From Octopus sinensis (taxonomy: Eukaryota): DNA of 21,264 nucleotides. The translations under genes were made by a program, and so were the position numbers. Location of the stretch: the NCBI RefSeq assembly GCF_006345805.1, contig NW_021823858.1, positions 1 to 21,264 on the forward strand, read 5' to 3'. Below the pieces are notes generated by a model. It worked only from the letters and a program-made list of their open reading frames with translations. It made no database searches and was not told the origin of the DNA. Numbering within the stretch: the stretch's first letter is position 1; each line of letters begins with the position of its first letter. Below, one piece after another: positions 20,433-21,264 of this stretch.

Positions 20433-20843
20433 AGGTGCAGGAGTGGCTGTGTGATAAGTAGCTTGCTAACCAACCACATGGTTCCGGGTTCAGTCCCACT
20501 GCATGGCATCTTGGGCAAGTGTCTTCTGCTATAGCCCCGGGCCGACCAATGCCTTGTGAGTGGATTTGGTAGACGGAACTGAAAGAAGCCCGTCGTATAT
20601 ATGTATGTATATATGTATGTTTGCGTGTATGTTTGTGTGTCTGTGTTTGTCCCCCTAGCATTGCATGACAACCGATGCTGGTGTGTTTATGTCCCTGTTA
20701 CATAGCGGTTCGGCAAAAGAGACCGATAGAATAAGTACTGGACTTACAAAAGAATAAGTCCCGGGGTTGAGTTGCTTGATTAAAAGGCGGTGCTCCAGCA
20801 TGGCCGCAGTCAAATGACTGAAACAAGTAAAAGAGAAAAGAGA
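20433..20843 (+). mobile_element. SINE family A (full length)
   Basis: Complete head to tail. Confidence 0.93.
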
Positions 20844-21106
20844 GTGATGTATTGCGGATATTTGATAACTCAGCCTCGTGCTGTCCAATTTTTCTGATCC
20901 CTGGGGAAACTTTATTTTCTGTATCCAGTTTGCATCGACTGAAAGATGGCGCAGTTGAAGACCAAATGTCTTGCACTGTTTTGTTTTACTGGCTTTTTTT
21001 TTCCCATCAGATTAGTTAATACACGGATTGGAAGACTGTCAACTCTGTATTATCAGGTTGTCTATCAAAGAATAGTAACTTTTTATCATCAGCACAAACA
21101 CCAATC

Positions 21107-21140
<34 letters not shown>

Positions 21141-21200
21141 TGTACACGTACTGGACCTGCTCATAAGCATTTACATGCATTCATACATGAGCACATATAA

Positions 21201-21255
21201 ATCCTTAAAATCCTTTAAAATGTTTTAGCCCGAAGGCCGCGGCCATGCTGGGGCA
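21201..21255 (-). mobile_element. Isolated retroposon 3' tail fragment (family E)
   Basis: Minus strand gccccagcatggccgcggccttcgggctaaaac followed by ttttaaagga ttttaagga; same scaffold as the A and D1 tails. Confidence 0.6.
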
Positions 21256-21264
21256 TTACATAAA

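Noticed and set aside
85-21200. Most ORFs in the supplied track (YIYI/VCVC/poly-D, -H, -L, -I peptides)
   Set aside because: They are translations of microsatellites, low-complexity tracts or SINE sequence; near-identical peptides recur with each SINE copy.

Overview
AT-rich, microsatellite-saturated eukaryotic DNA. The repeat landscape looks like an octopus (cephalopod) genome; this is inferred from composition and recalled SINE motifs, not from a search. Almost all ORFs in the supplied track are translations of simple repeats. The only plausible host-gene signal is two short phase-compatible exons at 292-374 and 508-598 (+), product unidentified. The rest is a stack of mobile-element remnants: about 11 copies of a composite tRNA-derived SINE (called family A here), other SINE families (B-F, my labels), a 5'-truncated RTE-clade LINE with an intact ORF end, decayed CR1 and RTE fragments, and piggyBac-like and hAT-like MITEs. 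The most interesting signal is a ~273 bp foldback at 18670-18942 whose two arms each carry a minimal hammerhead-ribozyme motif of the Penelope-like-element type, with pairing-preserving changes in stem II. Also notable: a third, unrelated hammerhead-like motif at 8468-8502, a second same-sized foldback at 20130-20405 nested between inverted SINEs, and a 3' tail stem-loop that covaries across three SINE families.
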